From contig MQRK01225506.1 in the NCBI GenBank assembly GCA_001938485.1, positions 90,835-141,694 of the forward strand: a stretch of DNA of 50,860 nt, read 5' to 3'. Below are positions 24,534-37,199 of this stretch, in pieces (the stretch's first letter is position 1; every line of letters starts with the position of its first letter). Origin of the DNA: Girardia tigrina. Its lineage: Eukaryota. Position numbers and translations under genes: made by a program. Under the pieces are notes generated by a model. The model saw only the letters and a program-made list of their open reading frames with translations. It was not told the DNA's origin and ran no database searches.

Positions 24534-26001
24534 TTATAATAAGACATAAATTTATCAAAACTTGTCATAACTGGCACATAAACCACGAAAAACTAGTCTA
24601 TATTTAGTATTTTGTGTGTTTACCCTTATTTTTGAGAACAGAACGAATTTCGTCAGGCATCGAACGGCATAATTTTTTACAATAGTCTGGTGACACTTTT
24701 GAGTTCAAACAGTTTCCACTGCTTTGATCATATCCTGCAGGAATTTGGGTGCATGGCAGCAACCTGTTTCTTCACCTGGGTCCAGGTATTCTCAATCGGA
24801 TTGAGATACGGTGAGTTTCCTTGCCAAGGACCAAGAATTTGGAAGCCTGACTACGCTAACCTCTCTCGAAGAGCCTTGACATTGTGGAAAATTGTGGCAA
24901 GGTGCTTCGTCATGCTGAAAGAAGGTCATTCTGTGTAACTCCATAAATGGTGGCAACTTTTCCTTTAAGATTTCTAAATAAACTGTACCATTTATGGTGG
25001 TTCCAAAAATTAATATTCAAGCTTCACAATCAACTTCTCTGTTAAAAACTTTCAAATAGACCCTTTTATAAAATTAATATTGATTTTGTCAAAAGTCATC
25101 GTAACAACGGATCTTTACGCGATTCATTTTTAATCTTAAATTTTGCTTATTTTATAGTAAAACTACTGATTTTAATAAGTTGAAAAATTAATTAATTTAA
25201 TTAACCTTAGTCTTCTTCAGATTCAAGCAATATTCCAAAATTTTTATACCAGTTAGAATCAAACGATACTCATTAATTTGCTAAGATAAAAAATTCCAGT
25301 ATCTCATTTTCGAACATTTGTTTTCGTCATGTATAAGAATCTCATTAATGAATAATGGATATTTTTCCACAATGTTCAATGTTTCACTCCATATGTTTCA
25401 GTACTTATATTTTTTATATATTGTAATTAGATCAGACTTATTATTGTTGAAAAATTAATAAGAAATAATTTCAGAAAATTCATAAAGAATATCTACAGCA
25501 CCATACAAACAATAAGAAGGTGCAAAAAGCACCTGAACATCCGAAGGAAAATATTAAAAAAACATTAAGAATTTATAAATATTTGTTATTAATTAGTTAG
25601 AGAACATGTTCCCTATATGGTACAGGACAAGGCATGCTAAAATTATTCCTGGAAGAGTAGTGGTTTTTAGTGAAGTTTAATTATTCTTATACGAAATATT
25701 TAAGAGGAAAAATTCTAAATGCGAAATAAAAGTTTTATTCTATAAGGTAATTCACTCCTTGTGTTATTTTTGTGTTATTTTATTATTTTACTTGTGTTAT
25801 TTTCATGTGTTGCTCCAACAACAACTCAAAATCATCAACGACACAAAATTCACATTCCGAAGCCAAATCCCAAATCTGCAAAGACAAACGTTAAAATATT
25901 TTCTGAATTTATTTTGTTTAAATAATATTTGCCATTTGATTGTAATTTGAAAATATTGTTCGCCATTGTAATAAAGTAAAACCTCTATAAATCTATAAAT
26001 A

Positions 26002-26198
26002 CAGTAAAACCTCTCACTCTATTATTTGGGACCGAGAAAACTACCTCTCTATAAGAAAAGTTGCTTATAGAGAGGTAGTTTTTAATCGTTTATTAATCTC
26101 ATTGTTTAACATATTTTCTTTTTTTTAACATAAAAAATATTGTTCCTTAAAGAGAATTACATCTTATAAAGAGGGAACTTTATAGAGAGGTTTTACTG
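26002..26198. mobile_element. pogo/Tigger-like MITE
   Basis: TA|CAGTAAAACCTCTC ... GAGAGGTTTTACTG|TA; a partial inverted copy lies at about 26466-26505. Confidence 0.85.
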
Positions 26199-26739
26199 TA
26201 CATAATTTGATATGGCTTTATTCGTTTTTTCTATTAAAAAGGAAATTATCAAAATTAACTTTTTCAAAGGAAAAGAGTTGGACAGTTATAATCAAATCGG
26301 ACAACGCCGACTTACTTTCGTAATGTCAAATAATCATCAAGCAATGAAACTAATATTTAAATTGAGAAATCCAAAGATATTAAATAATCAGTGGAACACG
26401 GCGTGGAATTAGTCTTCTGATTGGGTCAATCAGTAAGACTAATTCCACGCACTCTTTATAAGATCTTCCCTTTTTATAAGATGTAATTCTCTTTAAGGAA
26501 CAATAAAAAAACATGCTCTCCCAGCTTTGGTATGAAACCTGGGAGCGAACAGGTCTACCTGAACTTTATTCAGGTCAATTGAACTTTATTCCGATCAATA
26601 TTATTCAGGAAACTACATAACCAATAACTTGAAAACAATACTGTGTGACTAAATAAATTTCTAAAATTCGTACAGAAACAAATAATGAAGCACAAACATT
26701 AATTTTATTCCTCAAAAATAAAATGTTATTGCAAAAAAA

Positions 26740-27030
26740 TTCAATCTATTTTTCCGTACAGCCATTTATCGCTTAATGTTAACCGATTTACTTAGATGCT
26801 AAAGAAAATGAATGTTTAAAAAAAATTGGAGCACTCCACACATTTACTGGAAAGTGAAGGAATGTCTTTATGAAAAATTTAGTAACCGGATTTCGCATTC
26901 ACTTTCCTAATTTTTGCCCCCTAAGACACCAGGCATTGATCTTACTTAGTACTGAGTTTATGGAACAAAAAAACATGTTTACATTCGAAATCCTGGAGGT
27001 ATAGATGAATTAAAACAATTTATTTTGAAA
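26740..27030 (+). pseudogene. Highly decayed mariner/Tc1-superfamily transposase C-terminal relic
   Basis: Piecewise GA.H..KVKECLYEKF...LPPKTPGIDL...KKHVYIRNPGGIDELKQFI resembles the WPPRSPDL..K..VY...ELK.I region. Confidence 0.45.
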
Positions 27031-29299
27031 GAATTTTATAATTAATTCATTAATTTTGAATTTAAAAATCTTATAAAATTAAAAATTTTTGAGTAATAAA
27101 TCTCCAACTACTTTGAGTCTATGTTCAAGCCTTGTTTATATATTTTCTAGTAATCAGCGTAATGCCACATATATTAGACAGATTTCTCCTCATCTCTTTT
27201 AAAGAGATTCTCAAAAGTAACATTTTGGATTCCATGGAAAAAATCTTATCATTATAGGATTAAGTTGAAACAAGATAGTCTAACTCCAATCTTTCAGTTT
27301 GTAACTCAGCTATATACTTGACAAAATTCACTACTTTCAATATAGTCCTTTTAAAGTCACCGCAATTATTTAGTAATTATGAAAATGTTTTTTGATGGAA
27401 AGTTATTTTGAAAAATAAATCAAAAATTCGGAAAAAATTGAGGTTCTTCTGTATTAAAAAAAAGGGATTCAAGAACTCAAAAAGTTGAAGAATCACTACT
27501 CTATGGCGGGGGATACGTAGTGACCTCTTTGAGCATTGATATTTTGTCAATTTCCAAAAATTAATCCGAATAATTTTACGTAAATAATAAAATAATTTTA
27601 TAATTAATATTATTAATAATAAAATAAATTTAATAATTAACCAAAAATATTAAATTAGAAAACATATAATCGTTAAATTAATTTTATTTCTTATCAAATC
27701 AAACCGATTTTTTTTCGACATCCTGTTCATTTTAATTTGTACATAAAACATTCTTAAAAAAAAGAATCAACAAAACATTCATAGAAGAACAAACAAAATA
27801 AACAATCATTTTTTTCGTTTATTTTTTTTTTTTGCTTTTTTCAAATGTTAAACGTTTTCGAGTTTTCTTCGACAAGGAAAAGAAAGAAGAGAACTGAAAA
27901 GAAAAGAAAACCCTACGAAAAAAAACGAAAGTTTTTCGAAGGTTCAAATTTTATTCGAAATTGAGAGAAAAGTATAAATTATTTAACGATAAAAAAATGA
28001 ATAAAAAAATATTTAAACGTTCGATATTTGTTTTAGACTATTTATTGACAACTTCATTTTCGTTGTTTGTATTGTTGATCATTATTGATATTTATTAATT
28101 GATTATCAACAACCGCTGAAAGATAATGTAAGAGAAAATAAATATCTAAAGAAATCCCTAATGGCTTACTCAAATGATGTCGCAGTTCCGTTGTGTGAAG
28201 GCTTATTAGAAAAACAAATTGGAACAATAAATGACAGTGATGATGCTGTTAGAAGGCGAGTACGAGTTATAGTCAATTATCGGAATCGTTTGATGGATAA
28301 ATATCTGAGTATACATAGAGACGGGGTCCTGTTGTATTTAATGGGAACAATCTGCCAATAAAGTGCGAGAGATACTTATTAGTTAGGATGTTTGGAGAGT
28401 AACAGTCGCCGGTTGTAATTTATTGTGGCAATAAATACGGATTTGTTCATTTATTATATTGTTTATCAATCTGTTCTAGAATATTAACAGGGTAATGATT
28501 ATTATTATTTATTTTTTGGGGCTTATTGTTATTTTTAATGACCGTAATAAACATGCAATTTTAAACTCGTTATCACTATTAACACTCAACATTCCATACG
28601 AATGTTTTAATGATGGCTAAATCTCGTTTTTATAGTCCCATTTGAACAATGTCTCGGTTCATATATATTTGATCAATTAATTGCCTGATTGTTTCCAATG
28701 CCTTTTGCATTATCATGCATTAAATTATTTTCCAACCCCCCACATAAAAAAATAGAACAGCAAAAATAATTTTAGACGCAATTTTTATTTATCAATTTTA
28801 TTTGTTGTGTTTGTTTTTCTTGTTTCAAAAATAGAAATTAATTTTTTTATGATGAATTAAAATTCGAATTAACAAAATACTACTAGTCAATATCAGTAAT
28901 CAAATTTATTAATTTCAAAATAATAAATTGTTTTAATCTACTGTAATTTTGTTTGTGAGTTATAAATTATTGAATTAAAGAAATTAAAACGATTAAAATA
29001 TTATGAAAATAATTATTTTTAGTACTTAAATTTATTTAAATATTTTTTTCGGGTTTTAAGTTCGAAATTTTGGTAATCATTAACTGGATGCAATATCCAT
29101 GAATGTCGTTGGTACTTTCCTCTCTGCACTACTTAACTTCCAATCTTGTCTTCTTTTTCATACCCTGTGTAAATTCTGATTACTTACTGGTACAGAGCTG
29201 AAACTTTAATTGATTTCAATGGTCGACAAATTCTATCAAATATTTAGAGTTTTCTAGTAAACATTAGACTGATATTATTTGAATAAATAATTGATAAAG

Positions 29300-29820
29300 T
29301 GGTTTGTTGACGCATGGCTTGATATTTCCTTACTGGCCCCATGATTTTTCAAGTTCTTTCAGACATTCGATTTGGTCTTCTTTCATGTACGGAATGATTT
29401 TTTTGTTCCTCGGCCGATTGGTTCGGTTTTGTCGGATTTCACGGTATACGATCCGCCCGCGGACGACTCCCAAAAATACTGCTCAACGTCGTTGCCCTTC
29501 GAGCTACTGTTGGCTGAAGTTCCGTTGAGGATTAACATGAAGCTGGATGAGAAGAAGCAAAGTTCCTGTGACAAAGTATTCAGAGTTCTGAACAACTCGT
29601 TTGGATTAACCAGGCGTTCGTTGTATGGTCGGCTTGGGGGTTTTCATCTTTGGGACGGTGACACAATTAACGAAAACGCGTTACAAGTTAAAAGGTTAGT
29701 CTCTAAAATTTATGACTTATCTAAGGCGGCATTTAAGGCTGGGTTTCCGTTTGAGTTGCAAATGGAGCTCGATCAAGGGGGGATCGACCGTTTGACGAAA
29801 TGATCGAGTGTAATCGGAAG
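29300..29820 (+). pseudogene. Gag-like relic
   Basis: [10 protein letters not shown]...GDTINENALQVKRLV...AFKAGFPFELQMEL resembles the retrotransposon capsid C-terminal homology region. Confidence 0.4.
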
Positions 29821-30029
29821 TATCTCGGAATCAAAAGTTGTTTGTTAGATGGAACCAGATGTTTATACAGATATTTATCAGGCAAGTGGATTCTGCATTT
29901 GTTTATCGAGATCAATAATTTGAAAAGAGTAATGTGTTTCACAAAAATTTTTAATGTTAAAACTGAAAAAAGAAACTTCTGTCGTTCTTAGTAGTAACTG
30001 ATGAGCAATGGTTCTTTGAGTCGCCTATT

Positions 30030-30748
30030 AGAAATGCGGTTACAAGAAGATCATTAGTTGGCCCTATAGTAGTTAGCACTGTTTAAATTATTATTTAAAA
30101 ATTTATTATCATTACAATTAGAGTCAACTCCGTGACGACTCTCGGAAGACTATTTGTCATCTTTCTAATAAGTATTATTTCTGGTTCTTTCATAATAATC
30201 CTTCGAACGAATTTCCGCATTTTTTTCAATCACATTTATTTTTTTTTTAATTTTAAAGTACATTTAGATATTTATTTAGATATGTTATTTAGATATTTGT
30301 TATAAAATTAATCAATTTGACGTTTTAACTTGAAAATTATTTTATTTTAATTGCCCTTAAAATTCATTATGTAAAAATATTTTAAAATACAATTATATAA
30401 TAAAAACTTAGTTTATATTTTAGTTTATTTGAAAAATATTTCTTTAAATTATAAAAACTAATTAATATTAATCGTAATCTTTAAATAAAACACTAAACAT
30501 GCTCTTTATATTTGTGACAAATATTACTTATATTCAAAATTTACTCTAAATTCTTACTTTTTAAATTTAAATTTTATGGGAATATTAAATTTTCATTAAC
30601 TTAAAATTTTCTATTTTGTACGAATAATCAGATATCGAAAAAACAATAAAACACAAATTTTCCAACTGGGTGGAAGAATCACAATTCCAATTTCAACATA
30701 CTCACATCAACGCACCACATTCATACACAATTTAAAATATTCCTCATA
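30030..30748 (-). repeat. Solo LTR related to the LTR at 43484
   Basis: Minus strand t(a)tgaggaatattttaaattg...gtgattcttccacccag and ttagaaagatgacaaa...gagagtc align with 43484-43945. Confidence 0.65.
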
Positions 30749-31482
30749 GGTCCAATTATTGACAGATAAAAAATAGCCAAGAGATGCCTGAGAATAAGAA
30801 GTTTTTGTTATAGTTCCTATAAGTTTTACTTGGCTTGATTACTATCAAATTTCAGAGAGTGGAGATTCACTTGATACCGAAGAGTACGTTGCTTTTCTCG
30901 AAGATACAATCACAGATCACATCACATATCGAATGAGACAAGATACAATAACTCTACATTGGGAATCTTGCATGCTTGTATTAGACAATTCAAAAATCAT
31001 GTATCCGATTTATATACGAATTCTTGGAATGAAAACATTGTTGCGTTCAAAGACAACCAGTTTGCACTACAAATACTAATATATGCAACGACATGACTTT
31101 CCCAAAGTTAGAGAATAAGAGATACCATTTGAAATTCGAGACAGAAGATAAGCTGAAGATCTACAAGGGTTTTTTTGTGAAAAGCATTAATGTGTTGTAC
31201 AGATGTTACTACTGAAAGCAGTTTCTCTTAACAAATCCACGGACAACTTAAGACTATGAAGAGCATCTAGAATTTTTAAATTTATATTGATAAATTATTG
31301 ATAGAAAAATAAAATTTTATGTAATTAACTGGTATATCAGGATTCGTTAGAAGTACATTAAAATATTTAGTGAAGGTTTTAGCTGTCATTACTTACAAAT
31401 TCGAAACAGACTTGAAGGCTATAGCTGAACTGACGACGAACGAGTTAACGAGTACAATATTATGAAGGATTTTACTCATTAA

Positions 31483-31552
31483 CCCTTTCGGCGCTGAATA
31501 CGACTATTCTATAATTTTGTGGTACATATATGTACCGCTAGGACCGAAAGGG
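31483..31552. mobile_element. 70-bp piggyBac-type mini-element
   Basis: TTAA|CCCTTTCGG ... CCGAAAGGG|TTAA; internal palindrome ggtacatatatgtacc. Confidence 0.75.
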
Positions 31553-32699
31553 TTAAATGAGGTTTTACTTAGTATATGATTGATTCAAAGTACAAATTAA
31601 AAATATAATATTTGGAGCGGAAATTTGGTTTGACCGAACATTTATCAGTTTAAATGAAAGTATATAAATAAAATATATAATTAAAATAATTAAATTAAAT
31701 AACGATAAAAACGATTTCATAAATAAAAAAACTGTCGAGTAATTTTAAATTCGATATTATTCGTTTTGGATTTGGAAAACTTGGAAAATTCTGATTCCGG
31801 TGAGATTTAAATTTATTTGTCATGAGTGATTGTCAATTTCAAGACAAAAATTATCGGTTGGTATGTAAAATGAAATCCTGTACGTGTATGTGTATTGCCT
31901 AAATGAAATGTAAATATGTGTGTGTTCGATCGATTCATTGTCATTTTATCAGATAATTAGTCAAATGGTGAACCTCCATTTTTTGTTTTTTAATTAACTC
32001 TCGCAATATGATTGCGTGTGTGCAGGAATGTCATGTGCATGTTTGTGTGTGTAATGATTGTGATGATTGGTGAATTGGGTGTGCATGTGTGTCTTTGAAA
32101 AATGTGAATTTTTATCACAATTAAATTTTAGTCTTGAAAAAATAATAAAAAATTTTTCTCGCTTTATTTCTTTAATTACAAAAATAAAGATTCAGTTAAA
32201 TATGAACTTGATCACGGTTATTTCATCTCTGAAACCTAAAGAATACGACTTGATTAAGAATTTTATTGATCGGTTAAATCCACTCAGCAAACCGTTGTAT
32301 ATCTATAGTGAAGATATTTGGAGAAATTCATTTATTATTATTAGCGATTTATCATCGTATTTAGAAAATAAAGATGATACATTATAGAAGTAGTAGAAGT
32401 TCACTGTGACGAAGTGGCGTCGTGTGAAAATGACACTAAACCGCTATATTTTGAGATCTTATACAAATTGAAGTGTCAAGAGAAAGATAATAAAAACGTA
32501 TTGTGTCGAGATTCCAGTGACTTCTTAAAAAAATTAAATGAAATCATAACAGCCAGTTTTTCTCTTTCCAAAATAACAAGGAAACACGGCTTCCTGTCCA
32601 GTATTTATTAAAATATTTTAATATATTATTTGTTATTCTCTCTCGTTAGTTAAAACCAGTTATAAATATTGAATAAATAATTCTTTTCTTCATTGTAAT

Positions 32700-32890
32700 T
32701 GTGAGGAATGTTTTGAATTGTGTGTTGATATTGTGCATGTTGTATGTTGATTCGGATTGTGTCTCTCCTACCCAGATGGAGGATTGATATTTTCTTGGAT
32801 TCCTACTAATTAAAAATAATTTAATTTTAAAGTAAAAAGATTTTCAAAATAATTTTTGAATGTATTATTTAATTTTTAACGTAATTTAAA
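32700..32890 (+). repeat. Partial LTR of the same family as 43484 and 30748
   Basis: tgtgaggaatgttttgaattg...gtatgttga...cccagatgga. Confidence 0.55.
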
Positions 32891-32891
32891 A

Positions 32892-33267
32892 TCTTATCTT
32901 ATAAAAGCCCAAGTCACTCACTGCCTCACTGCCTCACTAACGCTCATATTAGTTACTTACAATTGTAAGTAGATAATTAAATTAATTTAATTTTTTGTGG
33001 CACAAATCGTTTTACGGGTTAGGGATTAGGTTAAGGNNNNNNNNNNNNNNNNNNNNNNNNNTTTGGGTTAAAATTACGGTTTGGTTTCGGGTTAGAGTTA
33101 TGGTTTGTAAAGAAAATTAAAAAAAATAAATTTAAGAAATTTGAAAATTTAAACACCCAATTCAAAACAATAAATAATAAATTATAACTACGATTTTTTT
33201 AATTAAAACAGAAACTTTCAAAGACGAAATTTAACTCTCCCGTCATACATGACGGGTCTTTTCCTAG
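32892..33267 (+). mobile_element. Non-autonomous Helitron
   Basis: A|TCTTATCTTATAAAA 5' end, ctcactgc repeats, 3' hairpin cccgtca-taca-tgacggg (33239-33256) followed by CTAG|T; no TSD. Confidence 0.8.
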
Positions 33268-33539
33268 TTTTAATATATTAATTTAATATGTACTTTTTTT
33301 AAAATGTTTAGATTTAATTTTAACCAATTAGATTATTTATAATTAATAATTTTTATTAAAAGATTTTCATTTTTTGAAAAACATTAGTATGAATTGATTA
33401 AGAAAAATGTCAAATAGTGAAGGCGTTTGTGATAATAATAAATGATTAATAACTCATATTAATGTTGTTAATAGTAATTATTAAATAAAGAAGACCAAAT
33501 TCATTAAAATTTTTATTCTGCATACTGTTAATTACGATT

Positions 33540-34134
33540 TTATATTAATAATGAAATAAAAGGAAATATGGTGCACATAATAATAAATAATGTGGAAACA
33601 TTTGTTCTAAATGATAATCCGACATCAATATCTGAGAACAACACTCCGCTAGTTATGTCACAATTTCGGTTAATTTTATTTAAATTATAATTTTCTTGCG
33701 TATTACAGCGACTTACATTACATCGGATATACGCTTTAAAGGAGTAAATATCTCTCATGAAATAATAATAATGTCGATGAATTAGATCCTGGATACAAAC
33801 GGGAAAATTTGCAACTAGTCCTCCGCGTTCAAAGTTAAACTCCATATAAATCTATACATATAGATTATATTTATAAATAAAATCAAATTTCACCCCGCAA
33901 TAAGTACAATTAGATATCAAATTATCAAATGAAAGATCGTAGCAATCCAACGGTTCTTTTGGAGGGTCAGGGTCAGGTATAAGATAAATACCTGAATTGG
34001 AAAAACTTATAAATATCATAAATTACAGATGGAAAGTGTTATAAATTACCCCCCATTTTTTCGTCAAGAATGTCGATATTTTTATATCCATTATTTATGG
34101 AAAATAAACATAGAGTTATCGCAATTTTTATCAT
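33540..34134 (-). CDS. Intact 3-exon gene: 164-aa secreted, probably GPI-anchored Ly6/uPAR (three-finger)-like protein
   Basis: Exons 34134-34050, 33991-33894 and 33851-33540; GT-AG introns of 58 and 42 bp with matching phases (1, 0). Signal peptide MIKIAITLCLFSINNG; LDCY..., C-x11-C-x2-C-x19-C-x24-C-x4-CN; hydrophobic C-terminus TLFIIMCTIFPFISLLI. Confidence 0.8.
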
Positions 34135-36607
34135 ATCTATATCGCTTAAGAGTATTAATGTAAAGTATTTTATTGGTGATCAATAATCTTATAAATAATA
34201 TAGTATTAATCATAGTTAATATCCCATATTCATGCATGTTGAATAAAAGTCAATCTATAAAAAATTAAATGTTTATTATCTCTATGAAAATTATATAATA
34301 TTGAGACAGATGACAAAACACCACTCTTCCTCTACATCATAGAAGACAGAAGGTTGTAAAAAGAATGAAAACTCCAAGGTGATGTGAGTTCTCGGAAATT
34401 ACAGAGGAGAGGATAACATTTTTATGAGATTCACATTGTGTTATTCAAACGGATTTCACTGACAAAGCTTACAGAAACCTTCTTTTGTTAAATTCATTTC
34501 TTGTTTACTAAATAATTTGCAACAAAAACAATAAATACAGTTATTTTTTGGAGAATATAATAACCATTCACGATTGAATTTTTCCCCATTTGGCATCAAC
34601 CTATAAAAGTAGTGTGAAGAAAATGATTTTAATTGACTTACCTTTGATTATGTATGTATCAAACAGTGTTTTTTGATAACGGATTTTAAATTTCTCAAAA
34701 TTTAATTTTTTACACTTGAAAATTTTCTTCTATAAATTAATTAATGTAATTTAACAAATTTTGATTTTCAAATAAAACATATAGTAAAAAAAATTATAAA
34801 TTTTAAAAAATATTTTTTTCAAAACTTAAACTATTTACTTGTACAATAAATTTGTAAAAAAAATTCTACTTTTGTCCCCTGTGTAATGGGCACACAATGA
34901 ACGCTGGGTAGGAACACTACTAGGTAGATTACGAACTATTTGACTTTCTTTTTGAAGACTTAATCATTGATAATGACTCACTTCAATTGATATATTATGG
35001 GGGAGGTGGTCAGGAAATTCGTGACATTTTGTGACAGAGGGGAGGTGGCATAAAGGTTCTGTAATGTCCCGTTTTTTGTATTAATAATAGTTGTAATAAC
35101 CTCACAGATTTCTTACACTCATGACAAAAGGCAATCTTATTTTTCTTGTCTCTTGTAAAGGTATTTGTATTTTTGGGTATGAGTTTAACAACCTTTTGTC
35201 TTTATGTAATTTGCATTTTTCTTTTCGTTTGTGATAAAAAGACATTCGATCTTACCTAATGCAATACTTTTAAATTTTCAAATGCTTTTCTGTTATGTAA
35301 TAGTTCTTGATTATGTACCGACGAAATTTATTTTATTTTTTTGTATTTTTATTATTTTATTTTATTTATTTATTTGGGTTTATTTTATCTGAAAGAAGGA
35401 AGTCAAGAAATTATATAAAGACAAGAAATTATAAGAAAGAGCGAAGGAATTATTAAACTTGTTAATTATTTATATTATAAAAATTATATAATTGATTAAG
35501 TAATCAATTAAAAAAATAATAAAGCAAATCAAGCAATTACTTACCGACGGATATCAGACTATTCTGCAAAATACTGGACTAATTATCAATCCCAGAGTTT
35601 TACCGAAATTTACTTGATTCACGGACAGTATTTGATGAATCTATCGTATCAACTTTGTTTCTATAGTACCGGTTATTACTGATTAAATTTGGCTAGTTAT
35701 TATACGGTTTTTTTAGTTAACTATTATATCGTTATTGTCAATTGTTTGTACTGACGTTCATAACCATTGAGTTAATCAAACAAGCCAAAGTACATATAGT
35801 GGTTGGTTAGCTCAGTCAGACATCGTTTATAACTGATTTTTTTTACCTAAAAACTGTTAAAACTCACTCTTTGGTCCTCATCGATTAGTGAACAAAGATT
35901 GAGTTTTACAATAGTCAAAAAAAGTGTAATTTAAAAATAAATTTTTAATAATTGTATCTGTTCTAGAAGTAAAACCTATCATTTAATATATGTTTATTTT
36001 TTAAAATGTAACACTAAGTATGTATTTTATTTGATTTTTAAAATCAAGCCTTAATAAGGTGAAGCTGATTATGTAATGACAGAATAACTTTTCTGAATTG
36101 AACTTAAACTAAAGATTTAGAGTTCTAGTAGCTTTTCAGAACTCAATATACACTCAATTCTCTTTTTATTCGGTAGATGCATTCCTTAGAAATTCTTGTC
36201 AAAAACCTTGTAAAAATACAGTCAACAAATAGTAACTATGAAGATACGTTCCCTCTTTCAAAAAATCGTGTAAGAAATTATAAAATTTAAAGGAAGTAAA
36301 TAAAAAATCATTAGAAAATCATAAGTTACTATTAATGTATTAAATACATATAAAATGTATATAATTTTAGATAAATAAGAATGTTTATAAATGAGGAATG
36401 AATATGAGATCATTGAATATTATTTAGATTTCATTTTAATGTGGTAATTTGTTTTAATATTGTAACTAAATACAGCTTAATCAAATGAATTCCTAACAGT
36501 ATCTATAGATAATATTTCAAATACTTGATTACTTGAACAGTAAAAACGTAAGATAATTATTTTTCCTTGTTGCTATGTTTAATTGTTGTAGTATCATACA
36601 GTCACTA

Positions 36608-36641
<34 letters not shown>

Positions 36642-37199
36642 ATTATATAAATTATTAATTAATAAATATTGATTAATTAATGCTATTTGGAAACATTTTA
36701 TTAGGATTTCTTTTCGTAGGTTTATCAATTTTTCCATTTATCTCGGTTTCCGAAGGATGTTTACCATGTAATTATAAAACTGTCAACAGTGGATTTTAAT
36801 ACATTTCTTGTGATATAAACAATTCAACAACAGCAATTTCCGATCTCAATTCATCGAATCTCACCCTCACTCACTGCCATCGGCTGTTCCTCAATATCAA
36901 CAACAAAAATTCCACAAAACTCAACAACAAAAATCTCTTTTGAGTTTGATCGAACAAATCCAATTGCATTAACAATGATCCATCGTTACAAAAAAATTAA
37001 CGTAGTTGTTGATATTCAAAGCCATTATGCTTTCTTTATGTATATCTGATTGTTGGTATATTATTTTATTATATAGTCGTTATATTAAAATTTATTTCTT
37101 ATATTTTTATTTATCCATATTAGTTGTTAAAAGAGTTCAATGAAAGATACGTTTCAGTTAGCTCTTTTACAATTGTCATTAGTGTATGCGACACACTAG

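Larger units (their letters stand above)
22137..24990 (-). mobile_element. 3' part of a Tc1 (DD34E) transposon, split by a 2.3-kb insertion
   Basis: TA|CAGTCAGGTGCAAAAGTTTG TIR at 22137; transposase remnant at about 24604-24990 reads FFQHDEAPCH, PWQGNSPYLNPIENTW and SMPDEIRSVLKNKGKHTKY*. Confidence 0.8.

Noticed and set aside
27482-27499. aagttgaagaatcacta as the 3' TIR of the first hAT
   Set aside because: Imperfect match, and its flank ctctatgg does not match the left flank.
28161-28361. PH-domain-like ORF (LCEGLLEKQ...DGVLLY)
   Set aside because: Only 66 aa, weak motif, and no compatible downstream exon identified.
29995-30045. Hammerhead ribozyme (ctgatga core)
   Set aside because: No stem II closed by GAAA could be formed.
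30780-31260. pogo-like transposase relic (MLVLDN)
   Set aside because: Too decayed to support beyond one short motif.
32067-32611. Two short plus-strand ORFs
   Set aside because: No recognisable motif or splice structure.
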